64,000 bases of DNA from Solirubrobacteraceae bacterium (GTDB taxonomy: Bacteria > Actinomycetota > Thermoleophilia > Solirubrobacterales > Solirubrobacteraceae). The DNA lies in contig DASZEJ010000129.1 in NCBI GenBank assembly GCA_035940955.1, positions 16,768 through 80,767 on the forward strand, written 5' to 3'. Shown here in pieces: positions 26,801-34,395 of this stretch (its first letter is position 1; each line of letters begins with the position of its first letter). The position numbers were made by a program, and so were the translations under genes. Under the pieces are notes generated by a model. That model saw nothing but the letters and a program-made list of their open reading frames with translations. It was not told where the DNA came from and did no database searches.

Positions 26801-27621
26801 ACGAACGGGTCCAGGTCCGCGCCCTGCAGAGCCGGGCTCCGGAGTAGCTCGTGATACGGCAGGAGGAACCCGTCCTCGAACGTCGGCCGGATGGAGTGGC
26901 AAACGCCGCGCTCCCATATGACAGCGCGCAGCGGGCCCTTGCCGCGGTACGACCACTCGAGTGGTGGGAGAACCTCCTTGACGCGGCCGACGCCGAGGAG
27001 GATGCGGCCCCCTGGCGGCCGTTCCTCCAGGAGCGGGACGTCCTTCGCATAGATGAAGACGAGCGAGCGCTCAGGCACAACGCCCGAGAAGAACGAGTCG
27101 AGGAGCGCCAGCTGGTTCCGATGATCCTGGACCCAGTCCCTTGCCTTCGGGGTCCTGATGATCGCCGAGGCCGCCTCCTCGAGCTCCTCGTCGTAGTTGA
27201 TGCCCCAGAGGCGGAGCCGGTCGGAGATTTCACCGCGCATGACCCACCTAAATGGCGTCGCCTCGAGGCTGTACGCCGGCATGCGGTGGACCGTCTTGTC
27301 GAAGTGCGCGTGGGACTCGGTCCATCCACCCGAGTACGGGTGCTCGCGGACGATCGAGAACGCGTTCGGACGCATGAAGCCCGCCCGCTCGAAGACGCAC
27401 GGCGGTACCCGCTCGCGGGGCAGCTCGGTCCACGCCGTGCCACGATCGTCCTCCTCTGTGTCCGCGTCCTTGTTCTCGTAGACGTTCTTGAGGACGGTGC
27501 AGGAGTGGTTCGCCGCGGGCTCAGCGCACACGCGACCCGTCCAGTCAGTGTCGTGCCAGGCGACGCGGGCCGAGAGGTGAGCCGGTGGGAGCTCGACGGC
27601 GTCCGCGGAGAGCTGACTCAC
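23875..27621 (-). CDS. 1248-aa multidomain protein: unknown N-terminal domain, RecD-like SF1B helicase, and a C-terminal PD-(D/E)xK-like nuclease domain
   Basis: GTG start at 27621 and TGA stop at 23875. Helicase motifs: Walker A 'GPAGTGKT' (nt 25660-25683), 'VIVDEASM', 'CGDHRQLPPIG', an SH3-like insert 'NGEIGIAVG', 'ITVHKAQGSQF' and 'LYTASTRHRG'. The C-terminus reads 'SKSEVIVANTL...EPDFTI...YWEHLG'. Confidence 0.85.
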   Translation of the reverse strand: MSQLSADAVELPPAHLSARVAWHDTDWTGRVCAEPAANHSCTVLKNVYENKDADTEEDDRGTAWTELPRERVPPCVFERAGFMRPNAFSIVREHPYSGGWTESHAHFDKTVHRMPAYSLEATPFRWVMRGEISDRLRLWGINYDEELEEAASAIIRTPKARDWVQDHRNQLALLDSFFSGVVPERSLVFIYAKDVPLLEERPPGGRILLGVGRVKEVLPPLEWSYRGKGPLRAVIWERGVCHSIRPTFEDGFLLPYHELLRSPALQGADLDPFVAVAPADHFDEFSYVTERVEHDAAIAALTELARAVDLLPGVVDGPWDQVADWLGDRVAEAWEARGAYPGMGPVLAAAGLERGPVLAYRVLKSMTDPSANPWPALEQAVDGATRGRGPAAGLLGRMSRKRWERLRGSADEYDLVRLLSRFALSSPQARRLFDRDTRPVAPREVLENPYLAYELDRAARDAVGFRTIDRGLFPRDAAARAALDYDPLPEPVEESVDDRRIRAASVAVLEKATDEGHTLLDEAGLRKRLAKVDLDPRCDPTTDQFELAAEEFEPVLLERAVAEGRGRAWQLDRLAAVTDVIAGEVRGRIDDGPLAASASWDALIDGAIDEELPPSGDPELDLEVRARKEKAAALATLARSRIAALVGPAGTGKTTMLRALCSDPTIAGNVLLLAPTGKARVQLGDKAGAQARTLAQFLKKAERWTWERGYFLNRDGMRFGGVRTVIVDEASMLTEEMLAALIESLRAPERLILCGDHRQLPPIGAGRPFADLVAHLRATAAPESGGGVAELTIGRRQRARDGAAGARDDAAVAACFAADATPAGADQAWARVVSGGGDGTVSVISWSDEDDLHEKIADILRNDSSLQLGNGDADALKRSLGATDGPRGVSFEFGTAGRGAELWQILSPVRSRPGGVVGLNRMIRRTWRSGDAARARQTVALPDPMGPGEVLFHDKVMCVANHPRGARRIATGEDVDSDVANGEIGIAVGWPKKNGAAIGLWLEFSTQPGLRFTFWENELNRESDRADLLDVAYAITVHKAQGSQFETTFVVVPKPSALLSPELLYTASTRHRGRAVLLVQGEPMELLELSDPARSETARRLTCLFRPPDPFMTPEGRILDGSHVHRSRNEELMRSKSEVIVANTLRDLGVEYTYEELLRMPDGTVREPDFTIRRSSGPPAYWEHLGMLDLAGYRADWEAKLGWYRDHDILPWTEGGGASGTLVWSTEEGGIDSHEIENLARQAFLGSS

Positions 27622-27982
27622 GAGCTACGTCGGGATGAGCTGAGCATAGGAGCGCACTCCATCAGAGGATCGCCAGCTCGCGCAACGTGCGCTCGCTCGC
27701 GGATGCTGCGACCACATGAGCGTGGTTGTTGGCTGCCTAGGGCTGTGTCACGTCGCACTCGCTCCGCCGCTCCAGTGGCGAGCTGTCAACCACGCGCTCC
27801 GTTCGCCTCCGCCGCGTCGAAAGCGGCTCACCGCACAACTCCGCAATGTTATCCGGCCGAGCAGCGCGACGCCGGCGCAAGCGCCGCTGTCGCTGATGCG
27901 GGCGGCCGAAGACCGCAATCTCACCGCGAAGGGAGGCGGTGGGGCAGCGGGCGGCAGTGTGCGATGCGATAAACCTGAACGC

Positions 27983-28690
27983 ATGGAGCCAAATCAACTC
28001 CTCGTGGCGCTTCTCCAGGCCACCGAGCACTGGGAAAACGACCCGCGGCACGCACGGTGGGACGGAACCTTCATCTCGTTCGTCAACGCCCGCGGGCTCA
28101 AGCCGCCGCTCCTTGGAGCCGCTGCTGAGTCCACGATTCGCGAAGCGCTCGTTGACGACCTTGCGGACCGCGGGTTAGTGCGCATGTTCCCGCAGCAGCC
28201 ACAAGCGGGGATTGCACGCAAGTTCGCGCTCACGGAGGAGGGCCGGCGGCAAGCACGGGCGGCTGGGAGAACCGTTGCCACAAGCGACGCTGTAGACCTG
28301 TCGTGGCCGATCCTGGCGGCTCGACTTCGGGCCTTCGTCGAGCAGTACGAGCGCGCGGGCGCGCCCGAGCGCGGGCTGCCGTTGAGCGAGGACGATTCGT
28401 CCGCTGCGCACCTGCGTCACCTCCTCGCGACCGGCTATCTCGAGCGGACGGAGTTCAGCTACGACCAGCAGGATTTCCTCCGACCAACGGAGCGTGCCTT
28501 CTCGATTACGCGCGCCTGGCCGTCTGCTGAGGCAGCGGCTGCAGCGGCGTTGGATGATCTCGTGACAGCGCTCGGCAAGCGGGACGACCCGGCATCGCGC
28601 TCCGCAAGGGAGCACTTGACAACTGGGGGGCGCGATCTGTTCGTGGAGGTGGTCGCCGCCGCGATTGCCAAGCAGGCGGGCGTTGGGTGA
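27983..28690 (+). CDS. hypothetical protein (235 aa), possibly tandem winged-helix-like, divergent from the helicase-nuclease gene
   Basis: The ATG at 27983 gives a protein-like sequence; the track's 27716 start adds an implausible N-terminus. Segments 'LVDDLADRGLVRMFP...KFALTEEGRR' and 'HLRHLLATGYLERTEF' look wHTH-like, which is a weak inference. Confidence 0.55.
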   Translation: MEPNQLLVALLQATEHWENDPRHARWDGTFISFVNARGLKPPLLGAAAESTIREALVDDLADRGLVRMFPQQPQAGIARKFALTEEGRRQARAAGRTVATSDAVDLSWPILAARLRAFVEQYERAGAPERGLPLSEDDSSAAHLRHLLATGYLERTEFSYDQQDFLRPTERAFSITRAWPSAEAAAAAALDDLVTALGKRDDPASRSAREHLTTGGRDLFVEVVAAAIAKQAGVG

Positions 28691-28913
28691 TGCGCATTAG
28701 CACCATTGCCCGGTCGATGGAGATCCCAGGACAGATCGATGGACGAGCTCGACGCATGAACCGCTGGTTAGATCGGCGAGGCTCGGGGCTAGCGGCTGAA
28801 CCGCTCTGACTGGGCCCGGGCGGTCGGTCATTCGCCCGCGCTTGGTGTAGAGGCGGGCCGGGGCGAGAAGTACGCTCCCTCACCCGGTATTGCGAGCACC
28901 GACAGGAGCGACA

Positions 28914-30824
28914 GTGGCCGTACGTCTGGAGTGGGAGGACAAACCCGAGCACGTTGAGCGCGTGACGCTCCCGTTCCAAACCGTCGAGACGGTCAACGAG
29001 TCACGCGCGACACGCGAACGGGATCGGGGGACGCTCCAGTTCGGCGGCGATCGCCCCACCGAGCGGAACATGCTCGTTTGGGGCGACAACAAGCTGGTCA
29101 TGAGCAGCTTGCTCAAGGAGTACGCCGGCTCCATCCGGCTGATCTACATCGACCCGCCGTTCGACACAGGCACCGACTTCTCGTACCGCGTGAAGGTGGG
29201 CGACGCCGACTTCACCAAGACGCCGTCGATTCTCGAGGAGAGCGCGTACAGGGATACATGGGGCCGAGGGCGCTCTTCCTATCTCCACATGCTTTGGGAG
29301 CGTCTGGTCTTGATCCACGATCTCCTGTCCGACGGTGGCTACCTGTTCCTTCACCTAGGATCGAATGTGAGCCACTACGGCAAGGTCCTCTGCGACGAGA
29401 TCTTCGGTGCGGACGCCTACGTGAACGAGATCATCTGGAAGCGACAGACCGCCCACAGCGATATCGGGCAGGGCGCTCGGCATCTCGGTCGTCTACATGA
29501 CTCGATCCTCTTGTACCGGAAGGGCGACGAGGCCCCCTGGAACATGTCCTTCACCCCCTATAACGAGAGCTACGAGTCCTCGTTCTACAGACACGTCGAA
29601 GAGGGGACCGGACGCAGATACGGACTCGGCGACATTACCGGGCCCGGCGGAGAAACAAAGGGGAATCCGCGGTACGAGTTCCTCGGCGTCACGCGCTATT
29701 GGCGCTTCAGCCAGCGCCGCATGCATGAGCTGTACGAGGAGGGCCGGATTGTTCAGACCAGTCCGGGCGCTGTCCCGCGTCAGAAGCGGTATCTGGACGA
29801 ACTCCCCGGCATTCCTCTCCAGGACATCTGGACCGATGTGCCGCCCGTCCAAGCACAGTCTCGCGAGCGGCTCGGGTACGACACGCAGAAGCCAGAGGCG
29901 CTGCTTGAGCGGATCATTAGTCTGGCGAGCGATCCAGATGATCTCGTGGCGGACTTCTTCGTCGGGTCGGGGACGACCGCGGCCGTGGCCGAGAAGCTCG
30001 ACCGCCGCTGGATCGCGGTGGATCTCGGGCGCTTCGCCATCCACACGACGCGCAAGCGTCTCCTGAACATTCCGGACTGCCGGCCGTTCGACATCAAGAA
30101 CCTCGGCGCCTACGAACGCCAGCGCTGGCAGCAGGCCTCCGGGAACGGTGCCTTGCGCGCCTACCTCGACACGATCCTCGCCTTCTACCGCGCGGATCCT
30201 GTCGAGGGCTTCACACACTTGCACGGGCGCAAAGCCGGCCGCATGGTGCACGTCGGCGCGACCGACGCACCCGTGACGATCGACGAGACCGAGGACGTGA
30301 TGGACGAGATGGCCGACAACGGCATCGAGTCGTGCGACTTGCTCGGGTGGGAGTGGGAGATGGGTCTCCATGACACCATCACCGAGCGTGCGCGCCGGCG
30401 TGGACTGGATCTTCGGCCTCGGCAGATCCCGCGTGAGGTCATGGAGCGCCAGGTGACGGAGGCGGACGCGGTGCGCTTCTTCGAGCTCGCTCACGTCGAT
30501 CTCGACGTGCGTCGTCAGGGCAACGAAGCGTGCGTGGTGCTCAAGGACTTCGCCATCCCGAGCGAGAACCTCATCCCGCCGAAGGTGCGCGAGCGCATCA
30601 CGGCGTGGTCCGACCTCATCGACTACTGGGCCGTCGACTTCGACTACACGGACGACGTTTTCCACAACCAGTGGCAGGCGTATCGCACGCGCGAGGAGCC
30701 GAAGCTCGCCACGCAGAGCGACTGGCACGAGTACGCCGAGCCGGGACAGCACGCGATCGTCGTGAAGATCATCGACATCTTCGGCAACGACACGACGAAG
30801 CTCGCTGAGGTCCGCATAAGGTGA
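28914..30824 (+). CDS. mod: Type III R-M system DNA methyltransferase (Mod; N6-adenine/N4-cytosine beta-class)
   Basis: Motif IV 'IYIDPPFDTG' (DPPF at nt 29151) precedes motif I 'DFFVGSGTTAAVA' (about nt 29955). 'NEIIWKR' is present. AGGAG at 28904-28908 sits 5 nt before the GTG at 28914. The track's alternative start is 28890. Confidence 0.85.
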   Translation: MAVRLEWEDKPEHVERVTLPFQTVETVNESRATRERDRGTLQFGGDRPTERNMLVWGDNKLVMSSLLKEYAGSIRLIYIDPPFDTGTDFSYRVKVGDADFTKTPSILEESAYRDTWGRGRSSYLHMLWERLVLIHDLLSDGGYLFLHLGSNVSHYGKVLCDEIFGADAYVNEIIWKRQTAHSDIGQGARHLGRLHDSILLYRKGDEAPWNMSFTPYNESYESSFYRHVEEGTGRRYGLGDITGPGGETKGNPRYEFLGVTRYWRFSQRRMHELYEEGRIVQTSPGAVPRQKRYLDELPGIPLQDIWTDVPPVQAQSRERLGYDTQKPEALLERIISLASDPDDLVADFFVGSGTTAAVAEKLDRRWIAVDLGRFAIHTTRKRLLNIPDCRPFDIKNLGAYERQRWQQASGNGALRAYLDTILAFYRADPVEGFTHLHGRKAGRMVHVGATDAPVTIDETEDVMDEMADNGIESCDLLGWEWEMGLHDTITERARRRGLDLRPRQIPREVMERQVTEADAVRFFELAHVDLDVRRQGNEACVVLKDFAIPSENLIPPKVRERITAWSDLIDYWAVDFDYTDDVFHNQWQAYRTREEPKLATQSDWHEYAEPGQHAIVVKIIDIFGNDTTKLAEVRIR

Positions 30825-33415
30825 CCGCCAGCGACGTCTCGACGGTTGTTCCGAACGATCCGTACGCGGTCCCGGAGCGACGCAAGCCCAGCGAGAACAC
30901 GTACGCCGTCAACGGGGTTCGCGCGCGCGTCGATGCTTGGCGCACGCAGGCTTACCCGGGCGCGAGCGAGACGACCAAGCGCCTGCTCGGCTTCTGGTTT
31001 ACCGACGAGCACCGCACGGACGACGGCCGGCCGTTCCGCTTCTACTTCTGCCAGCGCGAGGCCGTCGAGGCGTTCATCTACCTAACAGAGATCGAGCCCG
31101 TCCGAAAGCTCGCCGACCTTCTCGAGTACGCGGAACACGGCATGCTCATCGAGCCGGGCGATCCGAAGCGGCAGCGGCTCGCGATGAAGATGGCGACCGG
31201 CTCCGGAAAGACGATGGCGATGAGCCTCGCGATCGTGTGGTCCTACTTCCACGCGCTCCGCGAGACGGACTCGCCGATGGCGACGTCATTCCTGGTTATC
31301 GCGCCGAACGTGATCGTCTTTGAGCGGTTGAAGACGGACTTCGGCGACGCCACGACGTTCCGCCGCGACCCGCTCGTCCCGCGGGAGTGGAGCGAGGACT
31401 TCGAGCTGACCGTGCTCCTGCAAGATGACCCGGCTCCGGTGACGACGCGCGGCGTGCTCTACCTCACGAACGTGCAGCGGCTGTACGAGGCGACCTCCCG
31501 AGGCAAGGCGAAGGCGCCGCCCAACCCCGTCGAGGCGATGCTCGGGCCGCGCGTGAACCGCGACATCGAGGCCTCGGCGTCTGAGGAGCTGCTCAGGCGG
31601 ATTGCGACGCGCGGTCGGGTGATGGTCGTCAACGACGAGGCGCACCACGTGCACGACCAGAAGCTCAAGTGGAACCAGTCGATCGAGCGGCTCCACGAGG
31701 AGCTGCGCCAGATGGGCGGCGACGATTCCGGCGCGGGAGTCGTCTCGCAGCTCGACTTCTCCGCGACGCCGAAGTACGAGAAGGGCGGGATCTTCAAGCA
31801 CGTGGTGGTCGACTATCCGCTTGCGCAGGCGGTCGCCGACGGCATCGTCAAGACGCCGGTGATCGGGGAGGTGAGCGGGGCGAAAGTCGAGCTGGGCGAC
31901 TCGGCGTTCCAGCGCAACCGTCAGTGGCTCGACGTCGCAGTGGGGCGCTGGCGGGCCTTCCACGAGCAGCTCAGCCCGTCCGGCAAGCGGCCGGTGCTGT
32001 TCGTCATGTGCGAGGACACGCTGGCGGCGGACGAGGCTGGTGACTACCTACGCCAGCTCCCTGACTTCTCTGGCGATCGGCTGCTCGTCATCCACACCAA
32101 TCGCTCGGGTGAGATCACCAAGGACGATCTCGACAAGGCCCGCCGAGCTGCTCGCGAGGTCGACGAGCCGGACAGCTCGATCCGCTGCATCGTCAGCGTG
32201 CTCATGCTCCGGGAAGGCTGGGACGTGCGCAACGTCTGCGTCATCGTCACGATGCGCGCGCTCACCGCGGCGAACAAGATCCTCCCCGAACAGGCGCTGG
32301 GCCGCGGTCTACGACGGATGACGCCGCCGGGCTCCGGCTTCGACGAGCGCGTGGTCGTTATTGAGCACGAGGCGTTCCGCAACCTCTGGACCGCGGAACT
32401 CGACGGAGGGCTCATTGTCGACAAGCAGGACGTCGACAAGATCCAGCCTGGCGCCGTCACGATCTTCCCGGACGAGGGGAAGCGCGGCTACGACATCGTC
32501 ATCCCGCAGCTCACGCGCGCGCTCGCGCGAGCAGACAGTCCACTGGCGCAGCTCCAGCCCCATGACGTGCCTGACCCGAAGACGCGGCTCGACGTCCCCG
32601 ACGTCGCGCCGGACGAGTACGTCAAATACCGCGGCGTGCACCTCATCGACAAGGGGGTTATCGAGGAGATGGAGTTCCTCATCCCATACGCCGAGGACCC
32701 CTCGGGCGTCATCACGTACTACACGCACAGCGTCGCGAAGGCGGGCGGCGTCGACCGGCTCGCTGGGACGTTCGCAACGCTCGCCCCGATGGTCCGCGAC
32801 TACCTGCGCCACCGCATCTTTGAGCGCCCAGTCGAGCTGGAGGACAAGGTCGTCCTCCGACGCCTCGCTGAAGCCGACGCCCAAGCACTCGTCGTGGGGG
32901 CCTTCCGCGACGCGATCCGCGCCCTGTCGATCACAGAGCGGGAGCCCACGATCGAGGAGAACGCGCTCCGAGTCTTGGACACCCCGCCGTTCCCATGGTC
33001 GCGCCAGACCGTCGAAGGCAGGAAGACCGTCTTCAACCTCACGCCGGTCGACAGTTCCCTCGAGGCGCGCTTCGCGGAGTTCCTCGACCGCGCCGCAGAC
33101 GTGACGGCATGGGCGAAGCTCACCATGAACAGCCGCTTCGCCGTCGAGTACATCTCGAAGGCGGGCGCGCTGCGCTACTACTACCCCGACTTCGTCCTGC
33201 GACTCGAAGATGACACCTGCCTGATCGTCGAGACGAAGGGGCAGGAGGATCTCGACGTTGCGCTGAAGGATCGGCGAGCTCGGCGATGGTGCCAGGACGC
33301 GACCCGGCTCGCAGGCCGCGAATGGGCTTACGAGAAGGTCCCGCAGAAGCTCTTCGACGGGTTCCACGGCGACACGATCGACGAACTGCGGCGACTCCTC
33401 GACGCCTCGGGGTAG
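30821..33415 (+). CDS. res: Type III restriction endonuclease Res subunit (SF2 helicase plus PD-(D/E)xK nuclease)
   Basis: GTGA overlap with mod. Walker A 'MATGSGKTMAM', DEAH box 'VNDEAHHV', 'MLREGWDVRNV', and a C-terminal nuclease motif 'YYPDFVLRL...LIVETKG'. Confidence 0.85.
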   Translation: MTASDVSTVVPNDPYAVPERRKPSENTYAVNGVRARVDAWRTQAYPGASETTKRLLGFWFTDEHRTDDGRPFRFYFCQREAVEAFIYLTEIEPVRKLADLLEYAEHGMLIEPGDPKRQRLAMKMATGSGKTMAMSLAIVWSYFHALRETDSPMATSFLVIAPNVIVFERLKTDFGDATTFRRDPLVPREWSEDFELTVLLQDDPAPVTTRGVLYLTNVQRLYEATSRGKAKAPPNPVEAMLGPRVNRDIEASASEELLRRIATRGRVMVVNDEAHHVHDQKLKWNQSIERLHEELRQMGGDDSGAGVVSQLDFSATPKYEKGGIFKHVVVDYPLAQAVADGIVKTPVIGEVSGAKVELGDSAFQRNRQWLDVAVGRWRAFHEQLSPSGKRPVLFVMCEDTLAADEAGDYLRQLPDFSGDRLLVIHTNRSGEITKDDLDKARRAAREVDEPDSSIRCIVSVLMLREGWDVRNVCVIVTMRALTAANKILPEQALGRGLRRMTPPGSGFDERVVVIEHEAFRNLWTAELDGGLIVDKQDVDKIQPGAVTIFPDEGKRGYDIVIPQLTRALARADSPLAQLQPHDVPDPKTRLDVPDVAPDEYVKYRGVHLIDKGVIEEMEFLIPYAEDPSGVITYYTHSVAKAGGVDRLAGTFATLAPMVRDYLRHRIFERPVELEDKVVLRRLAEADAQALVVGAFRDAIRALSITEREPTIEENALRVLDTPPFPWSRQTVEGRKTVFNLTPVDSSLEARFAEFLDRAADVTAWAKLTMNSRFAVEYISKAGALRYYYPDFVLRLEDDTCLIVETKGQEDLDVALKDRRARRWCQDATRLAGREWAYEKVPQKLFDGFHGDTIDELRRLLDASG

Positions 33416-33472
33416 GGCGGTGCCGGGGGCGAGATTCGGGTCGTCTGGCCCTATCGTCACTATGAGCAGCCG

Positions 33473-33790
33473 ATGGCACGCACCATGACCTCACCGCAGG
33501 GCGAGCAGATCGATCTCGTCGTCTGGGCGCAGGAACTCGAGGAGGAGCGCGAGCGCGTCCGCGAGACCAACGCTTCTCGCCTCGAGCGTCGCGGATACCT
33601 CGTCTTCGCCACCGACCCGCAGCGCGCGCCAGACGAGCCCGGCTACCGCGAGGTCTTCGCCACGGAGGCCAAGACGCCCGGCGAGGCGACCAAGAAAGTG
33701 CGTCCACTCGCGGATGGCCGGCGGCTACGCGCGTATCTCGCGACGGGTTCGCACCGCGATGAGCTCGCGGACGCGCGCTGGGTTGCCTGA
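33473..33790 (+). CDS. hypothetical protein (105 aa)
   Basis: ATG-initiated ORF 57 nt downstream of res on the same strand. I recognise no motif. Confidence 0.4.
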   Translation: MARTMTSPQGEQIDLVVWAQELEEERERVRETNASRLERRGYLVFATDPQRAPDEPGYREVFATEAKTPGEATKKVRPLADGRRLRAYLATGSHRDELADARWVA

Positions 33791-33811
33791 GTCGGCGTCG
33801 CGCCTGTTGCA

Positions 33812-34149
33812 TTAGATCACCGCATCGAGCGCCTCGACGATCTCCCGGCCGTTCTTGACGTGAAGTGCGACTTCCCTTGACTCGTAGCTGAGCCTTCCCG
33901 CGGCCGGGTGCGGTCGCCGGTGTGCGCTATGCGGTTGCGACGGTCGACCAGCTCTTCCAGTTGGCGACATGAAAGCGCCGCTTCGACGCCGCGGACGCTG
34001 TCGACCTTCCTCCAGAGGCTCTTGTCCTTCTTGCCCACGACCTCGAGGACGTCGCCGATCCGGTTCGGTTTGGCGCTCGCCATCTGCTCTGTCTGTTTCG
34101 TGAGCAGCTTCCGGTACGCCCAGCCCGGCCTCTTGTAGTCGCCCACCAT
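33812..34149 (-). pseudogene. frameshifted small ORF with a HEPN-type RNxxxH motif
   Basis: Frame A reads '...LEELVDRRNRIAHTGDRTRP'. From about nt 33905 the protein-like reading continues in another frame ('AAGRLSYESREVALHVKNGREIVEALDAVI*'). Confidence 0.4.
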
Positions 34150-34395
34150 CAGAACGTCTTGGGACGAGACGGGCGTCGCGTTCTCCAGGTCGCGTCACTC
34201 TCGGCCGCTCCGGCTTGCGCTCTGCAGCCGTGGCACAGTCGGCCCGCTCGATTCGCGCGGGCTGCGCCCCTGCCACCCCACGCGCCCAGCGTTCTCGGCA
34301 CCAGCCATTTCGTCGGCGCCCACCAGCACGCCCGGACGACGCACAGACGGGCATTTCGCCCGGGGGGCGAAAGGCGGCTCGCGCGACTTGATGGT

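Noticed and set aside
27716-27982. The longer start (27716) given by the ORF track for the 324-aa version of the island hypothetical protein. The same question arises for the track starts 3903 (opcA), 4244 (pgl), 7013 (glycosidase), 17150 (cyclase), 17750 (HxlR), 36362 (acnA) and 56325 (WS/DGAT).
   Set aside because: The extra N-terminal residues are low-complexity, overlap upstream genes or run antisense to them. Internal starts coincide with ATGA or GTGA coupling, Shine-Dalgarno motifs, signal peptides or canonical family N-termini.
28691-28913. A 223-nt gap before mod, together with the minus-strand ORF 28506..28979, might encode a controller (C) protein or a small regulator.
   Set aside because: The minus-strand ORF translation is Arg/Pro/Ser-rich, has no HTH, and overlaps the end of the 235-aa gene. 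No plausible small plus-strand ORF with a start and RBS was found.
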